NCBI GenBank assembly: GCA_035455905.1
Contig: DATIEH010000184.1
Location: 1 to 35,642 of the forward strand
DNA from: Candidatus Binatia bacterium
Lineage (GTDB): Bacteria; Desulfobacterota; Binatia; UBA9968
Direction: 5' to 3'
DNA: 35,642 bases
Shown here: in pieces, positions 9,994 through 17,704 of the stretch
How the letters are laid out: every line of letters starts with the position of its first letter
How positions within the stretch are numbered: the first letter of the stretch is position 1
Notes under the pieces: generated by a model
The model's database searches: none
What the model was told of the DNA's origin: nothing
Seen by the model: the letters and a program-made list of their open reading frames with translations, nothing else
Position numbers and translations under genes: made by a program

Positions 9994-10959
9994 ATGAGCA
10001 GCAAACTTCATCTGACTTTCGCTACGGGAGATTACGAAAGTATTCGCGCGCTGAAAGAAGGTAGCGTCCGACCCGACGGTATTGAGCTTACGGTTCTCAC
10101 TGATATGACGTCCGATACTCGCCATTGGCGCATGTTGCGCAACCGCGAGTTCGACATTGCTGAGCTCTCGATGTCGAACTACCTCATGGCGAAATATACC
10201 GGGCTACCGTTTACTGCAATTCCGGTGTTTTTGCATCGCCGTTTTCGCCATGGATTTATTTTTTTAAACACGAACAAAGGTATCAAGAAACCGGCAGACC
10301 TAATCGGCAGGAGAGTCGGTCTCAGAAATTTTCAGGCGACCGCAAACCTATGGATTCGCGGCATCTTGGAGCACGAGCACGGACTGCCTCACCGCAGCGT
10401 CCACTGGCTCAAGCAAGATGAGGAGGAAGTCGATTGGACGCCGCCAGCGGATCTTGATATTCAGCGCATCGCCCCGGGTAAAAGCGTAGAGAAGATGCTA
10501 ATGGAAGGGGAGCTTGATGCGCTCATCCACCCAGAGATCATTCAACCGATCCTCGCCAAAGATCAAAGAGTGAACCGGCTTTTTCCGAATTACCGGGATC
10601 TCGAGATCGATTACTACAAACGCACGGGAATTTTTCCGATCATGCATACCACCGCAATCAAACAGGAGATCGTGGATAAAAATCCCTGGGTCGCAATCAA
10701 TCTGATGCAAGCGTTCGAAGAATCGAAAAAAGCCGCTTATAAGCGCATGGAAAACCCGCGCATTGTTCCACTCGCCTGGTTTCGCTCTTTTCTCGAAGAG
10801 CAGGAAGAACTATTAGGTCATGACCCGTGGGTGTACGGTCTCGGCGAAATTAATAGAAATGTCTTGGAGACTCTGATGCAATACTCAAGGGAACAAGGTC
10901 TTTTAGGCCGCAAAATGTCTCTCGAAGAGCTTTTTATCAACACACAGGCGCATTCATGA
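9994..10959 (+). CDS. 4,5-dihydroxyphthalate decarboxylase (PhtD)-like protein
   Basis: 321-aa ORF. The N-terminal pattern (LHLTFATGDYESIRALKEGSVRPDGIEL..., EFDIAELSMSNYL, FTAIPVFLHRRFRH, LIGRRVGLRNFQATANLWIRGILEHE) matches my recollection of PhtD-family decarboxylases. Its TGA overlaps the next gene's ATG (ATGA). Confidence 0.7.
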   Translation: MSSKLHLTFATGDYESIRALKEGSVRPDGIELTVLTDMTSDTRHWRMLRNREFDIAELSMSNYLMAKYTGLPFTAIPVFLHRRFRHGFIFLNTNKGIKKPADLIGRRVGLRNFQATANLWIRGILEHEHGLPHRSVHWLKQDEEEVDWTPPADLDIQRIAPGKSVEKMLMEGELDALIHPEIIQPILAKDQRVNRLFPNYRDLEIDYYKRTGIFPIMHTTAIKQEIVDKNPWVAINLMQAFEESKKAAYKRMENPRIVPLAWFRSFLEEQEELLGHDPWVYGLGEINRNVLETLMQYSREQGLLGRKMSLEELFINTQAHS

Positions 10960-11669
10960 CCATGGAAGTTGCTATTATCGCCGGCGTTGGGCCGGGAACC
11001 GGGGGCGCTTTGGCGCGAGCGTTTGCCAATCAGGGCTACGCCGTTGGACTCCTCTCCCGCCGAGCTGAATCAAGTGCTCCGATAGCAGAGGAGATCCGAG
11101 CACGCGGGGGCAAAGCGCTTGTCGTCCCCTGCGATGTTACTGTTCGCCAAAACGTGCAAGCCGCCGTCGGAGAAATTCGTCGCCAGCTTGGCGTAATCAC
11201 CGCTTTGGCTCACAACGCCAGCGGCTACGGGCGTGGCCGGTTTCTTGAGATGGATCCGGAGCAGGTCCGGGCATCCTTCGATGCCAATGTCATGGCAGCG
11301 GTTTACTTAGCACAAGCTGTCATCCCTGAGATGCTGACTGCCGGGCACGGTTTCATTTCGCTGACCGGGGCCACCGCTGCACTTCGCGGCCGCGCTGGAT
11401 TTGCTCCCCTGGCAATCGGTAAGGCTGGGCTACGGATGCTCGGGCAAGCGCTTGCGCGTGAGTTTCATCCGAAAGGCATTCATGTCGTGCACATCATCGT
11501 TGATGGTCAGATCGACACGCCGCGGCTTCGTTCGAGAGAGCCCGATCGCACACGTGAAAGCGTAATTCCCCCGGACGCCATTGCCGCTACCGTCATCAAT
11601 TGCTTGAAACAACCACCGACCGCCTGGTCACAAGAAATCGATATCCGACCCGCCGTCGAGAGTTTTTGA
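10956..11669 (+). CDS. Short-chain dehydrogenase/reductase (atypical; no YxxxK)
   Basis: 237-aa ORF with the Gly-rich dinucleotide motif IIAGVGPGTGGALA and an SDR-like core (LAHNASG, HVVHIIVDG). The translation has only three Tyr and none is followed by Lys at +4. ATGA start/stop overlap with the upstream gene. Confidence 0.8.
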   Translation: MTMEVAIIAGVGPGTGGALARAFANQGYAVGLLSRRAESSAPIAEEIRARGGKALVVPCDVTVRQNVQAAVGEIRRQLGVITALAHNASGYGRGRFLEMDPEQVRASFDANVMAAVYLAQAVIPEMLTAGHGFISLTGATAALRGRAGFAPLAIGKAGLRMLGQALAREFHPKGIHVVHIIVDGQIDTPRLRSREPDRTRESVIPPDAIAATVINCLKQPPTAWSQEIDIRPAVESF

Positions 11670-11760
11670 GGCCTCCTGCGGCATTGATCTTCCCGTGCCG
11701 TTGGCATAAATTTTTGACTGCTAAGGTACCCAGTGATCTGGGGTCGGGAAGGGAGGATCT

Positions 11761-12123
11761 ATGTTCGGTAAGGGAGTTTTTCAAGAAGAAGAGAATTTAC
11801 TCAGGAACATCATTCGCAGTATAGATAAGAGAGTCGATTATTCGGCAAAAGAGGGGGAAGGCTCCCGTTTCACCGTGCATCTCAAACTTCGCGCAAATGA
11901 GGATGATGTAGTGCTGGACCTGGAAGATCTTAAGGCCGCGAAAACTGATATGGTAAAGCGCCATCAGATCCGCCAAAAGATCAAAGCCAGAACTGACCAC
12001 CTCGACAAATCTCGTTATGAAGACGATATTCTCGGCCTCAAGTCAGCACGTCTGCTAAAAGCATCGCCAAAACCGGAGCCCATGATGCAGCGCGGTGGGT
12101 TTGGCCGGGGGCCAAGGCGTTAG
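11761..12123 (+). CDS. Hypothetical small charged protein with C-terminal RGG-like tail
   Basis: 120-aa ORF with a good Shine-Dalgarno (GGGAGGATCT-ATG). I recognise no family. By eye it is more A/T-rich than its neighbours. It ends in QRGGFGRGPRR. Confidence 0.5.
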   Translation: MFGKGVFQEEENLLRNIIRSIDKRVDYSAKEGEGSRFTVHLKLRANEDDVVLDLEDLKAAKTDMVKRHQIRQKIKARTDHLDKSRYEDDILGLKSARLLKASPKPEPMMQRGGFGRGPRR

Positions 12124-12172
12124 AGCGTTTGCAAGCAACAGCATCATAACAGCTATCCCGCAGAGCCGAGCT

Positions 12173-13036
12173 ATGGATAAGGCACATGTGATTCGTCAGG
12201 CACTCAGTCAGTCCGGACAAATAATCATGCCTGGCGTTTATGACGCGCTGAGCGCAAAAATCGCCGCGCGTTCTGGCTTCGAGGTTATTTTCATTACCGG
12301 CTATAGCCTCTCGGCAACGCTTTTGGGCGAACCCGATTTCGGTTTGTTGACTCAGACTGAAGTAATCGCGGCTGCCCAAAGAATCTGCTCGGTGGTAGAG
12401 ACGCCTGTCATCGTCGACGCGGACACCGGCTACGGGAATGCTATCAACGTTATTCGAACGGTTCGGGATCTTATTGGCGCCGGTGCCGCCGGCATGTTCC
12501 TGGAAGATCAGGTATGGCCAAAACGCTGTGGCCATATGAAAGGCAAGCAGGTCATCCCGCTCGACGAACAATTGAAGAAGCTCAAAGCGGCGGTTGAAGC
12601 AAGACAGAATCGGGACTTTTTTATTGTTGCACGCACCGACTCGCGGCAGGCTTTGGGTTTAAACGCAGCGATCGAACGCGGGATCGCATTTAAAGAAGCT
12701 GGCGCTGATGCAGTTTTCATCGAAGCACCAGAATCGAAAGACGAAATGAAAGAGATTTCGAGGCAGGTTCCCGGACCGTTGGTCGCGAATATGCTCGAGC
12801 GCGGCGTGACTCCGCTCATGGGACCTAACGAGCTAAAAGAACTAGGTTTCGATCTGGTTGTCTGGCCTCTCGCGCCGCTCTACTCCGTCGCCAAATCATT
12901 GACGGAAGTCTACACCACACTCAGACGGGATGGCTCGACGCTGGCAATCCTCGATCGCTTAATGCCTTTTGATGATTTTAATCGAGTTGTTGGTTTAGAT
13001 GAGAAATATGCTTTAGATGCTAAGTACCGAAATTAG
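12173..13036 (+). CDS. Isocitrate lyase/PEP mutase family enzyme (methylisocitrate lyase / carboxyvinyl-carboxyphosphonate phosphorylmutase-like)
   Basis: MPGVYDALSAKIAARSGFEVIFITGYSLSA, VIVDADTGYGNA, EDQVWPKRCGHMKGK and ARTDS are hallmarks of the ICL/PEPM family. The ORF track starts at 12095. I prefer the ATG at 12173 (MDKAHVIRQ...), which clears the upstream ORF and matches the usual N-terminus. Confidence 0.85.
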   Translation: MDKAHVIRQALSQSGQIIMPGVYDALSAKIAARSGFEVIFITGYSLSATLLGEPDFGLLTQTEVIAAAQRICSVVETPVIVDADTGYGNAINVIRTVRDLIGAGAAGMFLEDQVWPKRCGHMKGKQVIPLDEQLKKLKAAVEARQNRDFFIVARTDSRQALGLNAAIERGIAFKEAGADAVFIEAPESKDEMKEISRQVPGPLVANMLERGVTPLMGPNELKELGFDLVVWPLAPLYSVAKSLTEVYTTLRRDGSTLAILDRLMPFDDFNRVVGLDEKYALDAKYRN

Positions 13037-13054
13037 CACCGAGTCTCGGTTTTC

Positions 13055-14161
13055 TTAAAGACGCATCGGCATCAGAACGTAAAGATAACTCTCGAGCCCG
13101 ACCTTACGGATGATGCTCGGGCTGAGTTCGTCCTTCAACTCGATACTGATTTCCCCTTCCCCGGTCAGCACACCCAAGACATCGAGCAAATAACGGGCAT
13201 TGAATCCTATCGATAGCGGTTTGCCTTTGTATTCCGCCTCGATCTCCTCCACCGCTTCGCCCAGATCGGGATTGTTCGCCGAAATGGAAACTTTGCCATC
13301 GGAGAATTCCATCTTGACGCCTTTGTATCGTTCGCTGGATAGAATCGAAACGCGCCGCAGTGCCTGCAATAGTTCATCATGCTCCAGTTTGGCGACATTC
13401 GGATTTCCCTGTGGGATGACCTTGGTGTAATCGGGAAAATCGCCGTCGATCAAGCGCATGAAAAGCTCAATTTTTTCCTTCGTAACAAGGGCCATATTGT
13501 CCTTGAAGCCCAAAGACACAACTCCGTCATCACCTGCTTCCAGCAGCTTTTTGAGTTCCGATAACCCTTTTCTCGGTAAAATGACTCCTTTGCTCAGGCC
13601 AAGAGAACCGACCGAGGCTTCTTCAAAAGCCAACCGATGACCATCGGTTGCCACCATCCTGAGCTTACCGCCTTCGCCCTGCTCTACAAAAACACCATTT
13701 AGGCTGTAGCGGGTTTCATCCGTCGAAACCGAAAAAATGGTCCGTTCTATCATTTCATGAATCGTCGAAGCCGGCGTGGTGGACAATGCCTTGCCATCAA
13801 TTTTCGGAAATTGCGGAAACTCCTTTGCCTCCATGCCGACGATTTTGAAAACCGATTTTCCGCTGCGCACCTCCACCCAATCATTTTCTAAGCGTTTTAT
13901 CTGCACCTGCTGATTTGGAACTTCCCGAATGATTTCATAAATCTTTTTGGCGTTAATAGTGACCGTTCCATCTTTGCCGATATCGCTTTCGACTTCGCCT
14001 CGTACTCCAACCTCGAGGTCCGTCGCGGTAATCCGAATCGATCCTCTTTGCGCCTCAACCAGAACATTGGCGAGAATCGGCATAGTGTTGCGTCGCTCGA
14101 CAATGCTTTGAGTCCAATAAAGCGTGGCGAGAAGGCTGTCCCGCTTGGCTTTAAATTCCAT
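13055..14161 (-). CDS. dnaN: DNA polymerase III beta sliding clamp
   Basis: 368-aa ORF immediately downstream of dnaA. N-terminus (LLATLYWTQSIVERRNTMPILANVL) and C-terminus (YLYVLMPMRL) are typical. GGGAGGAAGT Shine-Dalgarno before the ATG. Confidence 0.95.
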   Translation of the reverse strand: MEFKAKRDSLLATLYWTQSIVERRNTMPILANVLVEAQRGSIRITATDLEVGVRGEVESDIGKDGTVTINAKKIYEIIREVPNQQVQIKRLENDWVEVRSGKSVFKIVGMEAKEFPQFPKIDGKALSTTPASTIHEMIERTIFSVSTDETRYSLNGVFVEQGEGGKLRMVATDGHRLAFEEASVGSLGLSKGVILPRKGLSELKKLLEAGDDGVVSLGFKDNMALVTKEKIELFMRLIDGDFPDYTKVIPQGNPNVAKLEHDELLQALRRVSILSSERYKGVKMEFSDGKVSISANNPDLGEAVEEIEAEYKGKPLSIGFNARYLLDVLGVLTGEGEISIELKDELSPSIIRKVGLESYLYVLMPMRL

Positions 14162-14387
14162 ACTTCCTCCCGGTCACTTCGGCTTCTCTCTCTATATATA
14201 TAAATTAGAGTCGTAATAGTAGTGCCTGTGAACAAGTGCAAAACCCAGTTTTGGACAAGGAAATCAGGCAGGTAGGTTGTGGGTTGTCGATGCTCGCGAA
14301 ACGCGTTCTTAGGGGTGGCGCTTCAGCTCAGGTGATCGTCGACAGTCATTCACATCTTTGGCTGAGCTTAACCACAAGTTATTCACA
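14162..14387. promoter_or_regulatory. dnaA-dnaN intergenic DnaA-box cluster with (TC)n(TA)n tract
   Basis: TTATTCACA at 14379-14387 is a perfect match to TTATNCACA and overlaps the dnaA stop codon. TCATTCACA at 14346-14354 has 1 mismatch. TGTGAACAA at 14227-14235 (reverse complement TTGTTCACA) has 1 mismatch. The simple A/T-rich tract CTCTCTCTATATATATAAATTA lies around 14186-14207. Confidence 0.5.
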
Positions 14388-15729
14388 CTCTTTTTCTAAT
14401 GTTCAAATTGCGTTCGAGCTTTTCGATCGTGGTTTGCATGTGCGGATCTTCTTTGATTTTTCTCTCGATCGTCTTGGAGGCATGAATGACCGTGGAGTGA
14501 TCGCGCCCGCCAAATTTATCGCCAATGGCGGGAAAGGAAGTCTCAGTATATTTGCGGCAAAGATACATGGCGACTTGGCGCGGAAAGGCAATATTTTGTG
14601 TGCGCCGTTTGGCTTTGAGATCGGTGATCTTGAGATTGAAATAGTCGCAAATCGTTTTCTGAATGTTTTCGACCGTGATCTCCTGCTGGGCATTTTTTAG
14701 GGTATTGCGCAGAACATCTTTCGCGAGTTCTACTGTAATAGTCGCTTTGGTCAATGAGGAAAACGCGCCCAGGCGAGTAAGAGATCCTTCGAGCTCCCGG
14801 ACGTTGGAGTCAATGTTCGAAGCGAGGAAAAACGCCACATCATGGGGCAGTTGAACACCCTCGTTTTCGGCTTTCTTCTGCAGAATGGCGACGCGGGTCT
14901 CCATATCCGGCGGCTGGATGTCGGCGATCAAACCCCACTCGAAACGGTTTCTTAAACGATCTTCAATTCCAGGGATTTCTTTCGGGAATTTATCTGAAGT
15001 AATGACAATTTGCTTGTGCGACTCGTAAAGTGAATTGAATGTGTGAAAGAACTCCTCCTGAGTACGCTCTTTCCCGGCGATAAATTGGACGTCATCGAGG
15101 ATAAGAATATCGACGTTTCTGAATTTCTTCTTGAATTCGTCCATTTTGTCTCGCCGAAGGGATCCGATAAGCTCGTTCATAAATGATTCTGAGCTTAGAT
15201 AGACAACTTTTAGACCCTGCCGGTGTGATGCTGACTGGTGACCGATTGCATTGACGAGATGGGTCTTGCCTAAACCGACACCGCCGTAAATGAACAAAGG
15301 GTTATAATGCTCACCCGGTTGGTTTGCGACGGCGACACATGCCGCGTGAGCAAATTGATTGCTCGCCCCTACAACGAAGTTTTGAAAGGTATACTTCGGA
15401 ATGAGATTGTTATTAGGTCTCTGTACTCGCTCGCGCTCGTCTCGCTTCGAGCCCTTTTCAGCGTTCGTCTGCCGATTGGCCTTTTCATTAATTTCAAAAA
15501 CAACTTTGATCTCGTGTTTTGCGAGCATGCACAGGATATCTTGGATTTGTGCCAGGTAATGTTCAGTCAACCAGTCCCGAAAGAACTTGTTGGGCACATC
15601 CAGACAAATTTCATTTTTATTTCGTGAGACAAAGCCGATCGGTTTAATCCAGGTCTCGTAATTCTGCCTGTCGATCCGTTCTTTGATCTCCGCAAGCGTC
15701 TGCGACCACAGCTCTGGCATAAAATTCAC
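14383..15729 (-). CDS. dnaA: Chromosomal replication initiator protein DnaA
   Basis: 448-aa ORF with Walker A GGVGLGKTHL, Walker B ILILDDVQF, and the C-terminal DNA-binding domain (ITDLKAKRRTQNIAFPRQVAMYLCRKYT...GGRDHSTVIHA). The track start at 15729 is GTG. An ATG at 15720 (MPELWSQTL...) is an equally plausible start. Confidence 0.95.
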   Translation of the reverse strand: MNFMPELWSQTLAEIKERIDRQNYETWIKPIGFVSRNKNEICLDVPNKFFRDWLTEHYLAQIQDILCMLAKHEIKVVFEINEKANRQTNAEKGSKRDERERVQRPNNNLIPKYTFQNFVVGASNQFAHAACVAVANQPGEHYNPLFIYGGVGLGKTHLVNAIGHQSASHRQGLKVVYLSSESFMNELIGSLRRDKMDEFKKKFRNVDILILDDVQFIAGKERTQEEFFHTFNSLYESHKQIVITSDKFPKEIPGIEDRLRNRFEWGLIADIQPPDMETRVAILQKKAENEGVQLPHDVAFFLASNIDSNVRELEGSLTRLGAFSSLTKATITVELAKDVLRNTLKNAQQEITVENIQKTICDYFNLKITDLKAKRRTQNIAFPRQVAMYLCRKYTETSFPAIGDKFGGRDHSTVIHASKTIERKIKEDPHMQTTIEKLERNLNIRKRV

Positions 15730-15780
15730 ACTAAGGCCTTGAAAGCCTGATAAGAAATGACCAAATAGTTACAAACAAAG

Positions 15781-15800
15781 TTATCCACAGGTGTTGATAA
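15781..15800. promoter_or_regulatory. Inverted pair of DnaA boxes
   Basis: TTATCCACA at 15781-15789 is the perfect E. coli-type consensus. Two nt later, TGTTGATAA at 15792-15800 (reverse complement TTATCAACA) has 1 mismatch. Together they form a 20-bp imperfect palindrome, TTATCCACAGGTGTTGATAA. Confidence 0.75.
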
Positions 15801-15944
15801 CCCGGGCAGCACTGCGGAGAAGTAAAAACCAAGAACAAGCGCCGTCCAGGATCGAGAAAAGAAATTTGTAGCAACACGAGTTGAAAATAGTTCTGCCGCC
15901 GGGCACTAGCGTAGCTCATTTTCCTCGTGCTTTCTCGCAAACCC

Positions 15945-16060
15945 GATAAAAAATTTTCGCGCTGGAGAATCAGGAAAAATTTTAAATAGTCCTTTTCAAA
16001 TTTCTTTGCAACAAAAAAAGCACATCGAAATTTTTTTTCTGTGACGATTTTTTTCTTGAC
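15945..16060. repeat. A/T-tract region, candidate DNA-unwinding element
   Basis: Repeated A(4-6)T(4-8) blocks: GATAAAAAATTTTC (15945-), GGAAAAATTTTAAAT (15973-), CGAAATTTTTTTTC (16026-), CGATTTTTTTC (16045-). CAAAAAAAG also occurs at 16012-. This is the most A/T-rich stretch I see in the window. Confidence 0.45.
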
Positions 16061-16098
16061 ACCTTGCGCCACGAGTGTTAGCGACGCAAACCCCAACC

Positions 16099-17382
16099 AT
16101 GACAGCAAAGCTAAAAATTTTTCGCCGCGCAGAGCGTAGAATTCCCGGCGGTGTAAACAGTCCCGTACGAGCATGGAAATTGGTCGGCGGCGTGCCGCTT
16201 TTTATCGCGCGCGGTAAAGGCAGCTATATTTTTGACGTTAGCGGGAAGCGCTATATCGACTTCGTCGGCTCGTGGGGGCCGCTGATTCTCGGTCACGCTC
16301 ACCCGCAAGTCGTCCAGGTTATTCAACGGCGAGTGCTGCAGGGGTTTACCTTTGGCGCGCCCACGATACTGGAGGTCGAGCTCGCCGAAGCTGTTGCAGC
16401 CGCTGTCCCATCCATTGACAAGCTCCGTCTGGTAAGTTCAGGCACAGAAGCGACCATGAGCGCGATCAGACTCGCGCGCGCCTTCACCGGCCGAAGCAAA
16501 ATAATTAAGTTTGACGGCTGTTATCATGGCCATTCCGATGGCTTGCTCGTCAAAGCCGGTTCCGGGCTAGCGACGCTAAGCTTGCCGGAAAGCGCCGGTG
16601 TTCCGCGCGCCTTCGCCCGCGAAACGCTGACAGCTACATACAACGATAGTCAGTCACTACAAAAGATTTTTGCTCGCTACAAAAATGAGATTGCTGCGAT
16701 CATCGTTGAGCCTATTTGCGGGAATATGGGCGTGATTAAACCGGCGCCCGGTTTTCTTGCGAATTTGCGCCAGATCACGCGTCAGCATGGTGCGTTGCTG
16801 ATTTTTGATGAGGTCATCACGGGATTTCGTGTCGCATACGGCGGTGCGCAAGCGCTTTACGAAGTCCGTCCGGATTTGACCTGTTTGGGAAAGATTCTCG
16901 GCGGCGGTTTGCCGCTCGCAGCCTTCGGGGGCCGCAGTGAAATAATGGATCTGCTTGCTCCCGTGGGGCCGGTTTACCAGGCGGGAACGCTTTCGGGAAA
17001 TCCATTGGCGGTGGCAGCAGGATTAGCCACAATCAAGTTGCTCAGCCGCCCCGGTACATACGAAAAACTCGAAGCGCAGGGTCGGTACCTTGAGGAAGGC
17101 ATGCGTGAGATTATTGCCGCCTCGCCGGTCCATGCGACGATCAATCGGGTCGGGTCAATGATGACCATATTTTTCGGAATCGACCGGGTGAGCCACCCCG
17201 ATGAGGCTCGCCAGTGCGACCGGGCAAGGTTCAGGAAGTTTTTCCACGCCATGCTCGATCACGGTATCTACCTTCCGCCAGCGCCGTTTGAAGCTATGTT
17301 TGTTTCGCTCGCCCATTCAAAGGACGATTTGGTGAAATATCTCAAGGCATTCGAGCAATGGGTGAGGCGAATTAGTGGTTGA
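16099..17382 (+). CDS. hemL: Glutamate-1-semialdehyde 2,1-aminomutase
   Basis: IPGGVNSPVRA near the N-terminus, FDEVITGFR, and the PLP-lysine context LGKILGGGLP. The ATG at 16099 (MTAKLKIF...) is preferred over the track's GTG at 16075. Confidence 0.93.
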   Translation: MTAKLKIFRRAERRIPGGVNSPVRAWKLVGGVPLFIARGKGSYIFDVSGKRYIDFVGSWGPLILGHAHPQVVQVIQRRVLQGFTFGAPTILEVELAEAVAAAVPSIDKLRLVSSGTEATMSAIRLARAFTGRSKIIKFDGCYHGHSDGLLVKAGSGLATLSLPESAGVPRAFARETLTATYNDSQSLQKIFARYKNEIAAIIVEPICGNMGVIKPAPGFLANLRQITRQHGALLIFDEVITGFRVAYGGAQALYEVRPDLTCLGKILGGGLPLAAFGGRSEIMDLLAPVGPVYQAGTLSGNPLAVAAGLATIKLLSRPGTYEKLEAQGRYLEEGMREIIAASPVHATINRVGSMMTIFFGIDRVSHPDEARQCDRARFRKFFHAMLDHGIYLPPAPFEAMFVSLAHSKDDLVKYLKAFEQWVRRISG

Positions 17383-17416
17383 ACGTCCCGAACCTTCGTG
17401 CTAGAAAACCAGCCCA

Positions 17417-17704
17417 GTGGGAAAAGTTGGGGGCCGCCCCAATCGTCGGCAGAGCAATTCATCTTCCTTCCTGCAAAGAGCAGGTTTATATTTGGGGGTA
17501 GCGTTCGAACTGCCAGGCACGATCCTGGGCGGCCTCGTAATCGGATATTTTGCGGACCAGTATTTCAACACGTCGCCCTGGTTGCTGATCGCGTGCACAT
17601 TGCTTTCATTCGCCGGGGCCTTTTTTAGGTTGATGCAGTGGGTCAAATTTTTTTCTGCCGAACGCGATGGAACTGACCGCGAACAAAACGATACTGCGCA
17701 TTGA
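17417..17704 (+). CDS. atpZ: AtpZ/AtpI-family small membrane protein (ATP synthase gene 1)
   Basis: 95-aa ORF (GTG start) with two predicted TM helices. The pattern GVAFELPGTILGGLVIGYFADQYFNTSPWLLIACTLLSFAGAFFRL is characteristic of AtpZ-type proteins that precede Fo genes. Confidence 0.75.
   Translation: MGKVGGRPNRRQSNSSSFLQRAGLYLGVAFELPGTILGGLVIGYFADQYFNTSPWLLIACTLLSFAGAFFRLMQWVKFFSAERDGTDREQNDTAH

Larger units (their letters stand above)
15730..16098. other. Candidate oriC / dnaA promoter region (dnaA-hemL divergent intergenic)
   Basis: 369-bp non-coding region flanked by divergently transcribed genes (dnaA minus, hemL plus). It contains a perfect DnaA box paired with an inverted near-copy and a long A/T-tract region. 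The 147-aa ORF on the track here overlaps the hemL start and looks spurious. Confidence 0.6.

Noticed and set aside
11702-11717. Sigma-54-like promoter TGGCATAAATTTTTGA upstream of the orphan small ORF
   Set aside because: The -24 GG is present, but the -12 GC is replaced (TTGA, and one nt too far). No enhancer-binding-protein gene is nearby. The match is too weak to call.
13037-13054. Possible terminator CACCGAGTCTCGGTTTTC between the PEP-mutase-like gene and dnaN
   Set aside because: The palindrome CCGAG-T-CTCGG leaves a 1-nt loop, so the realistic stem is only 3-4 bp. That is too weak to call an intrinsic terminator.
15731-16174. 147-aa minus-strand ORF filling the dnaA-hemL intergenic region
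   Set aside because: It overlaps the hemL start and runs through the DnaA boxes and the A/T tracts. Its Phe/Leu/Lys-rich, low-complexity translation is typical of A/T-rich non-coding DNA. It has no Shine-Dalgarno and no recognisable family.
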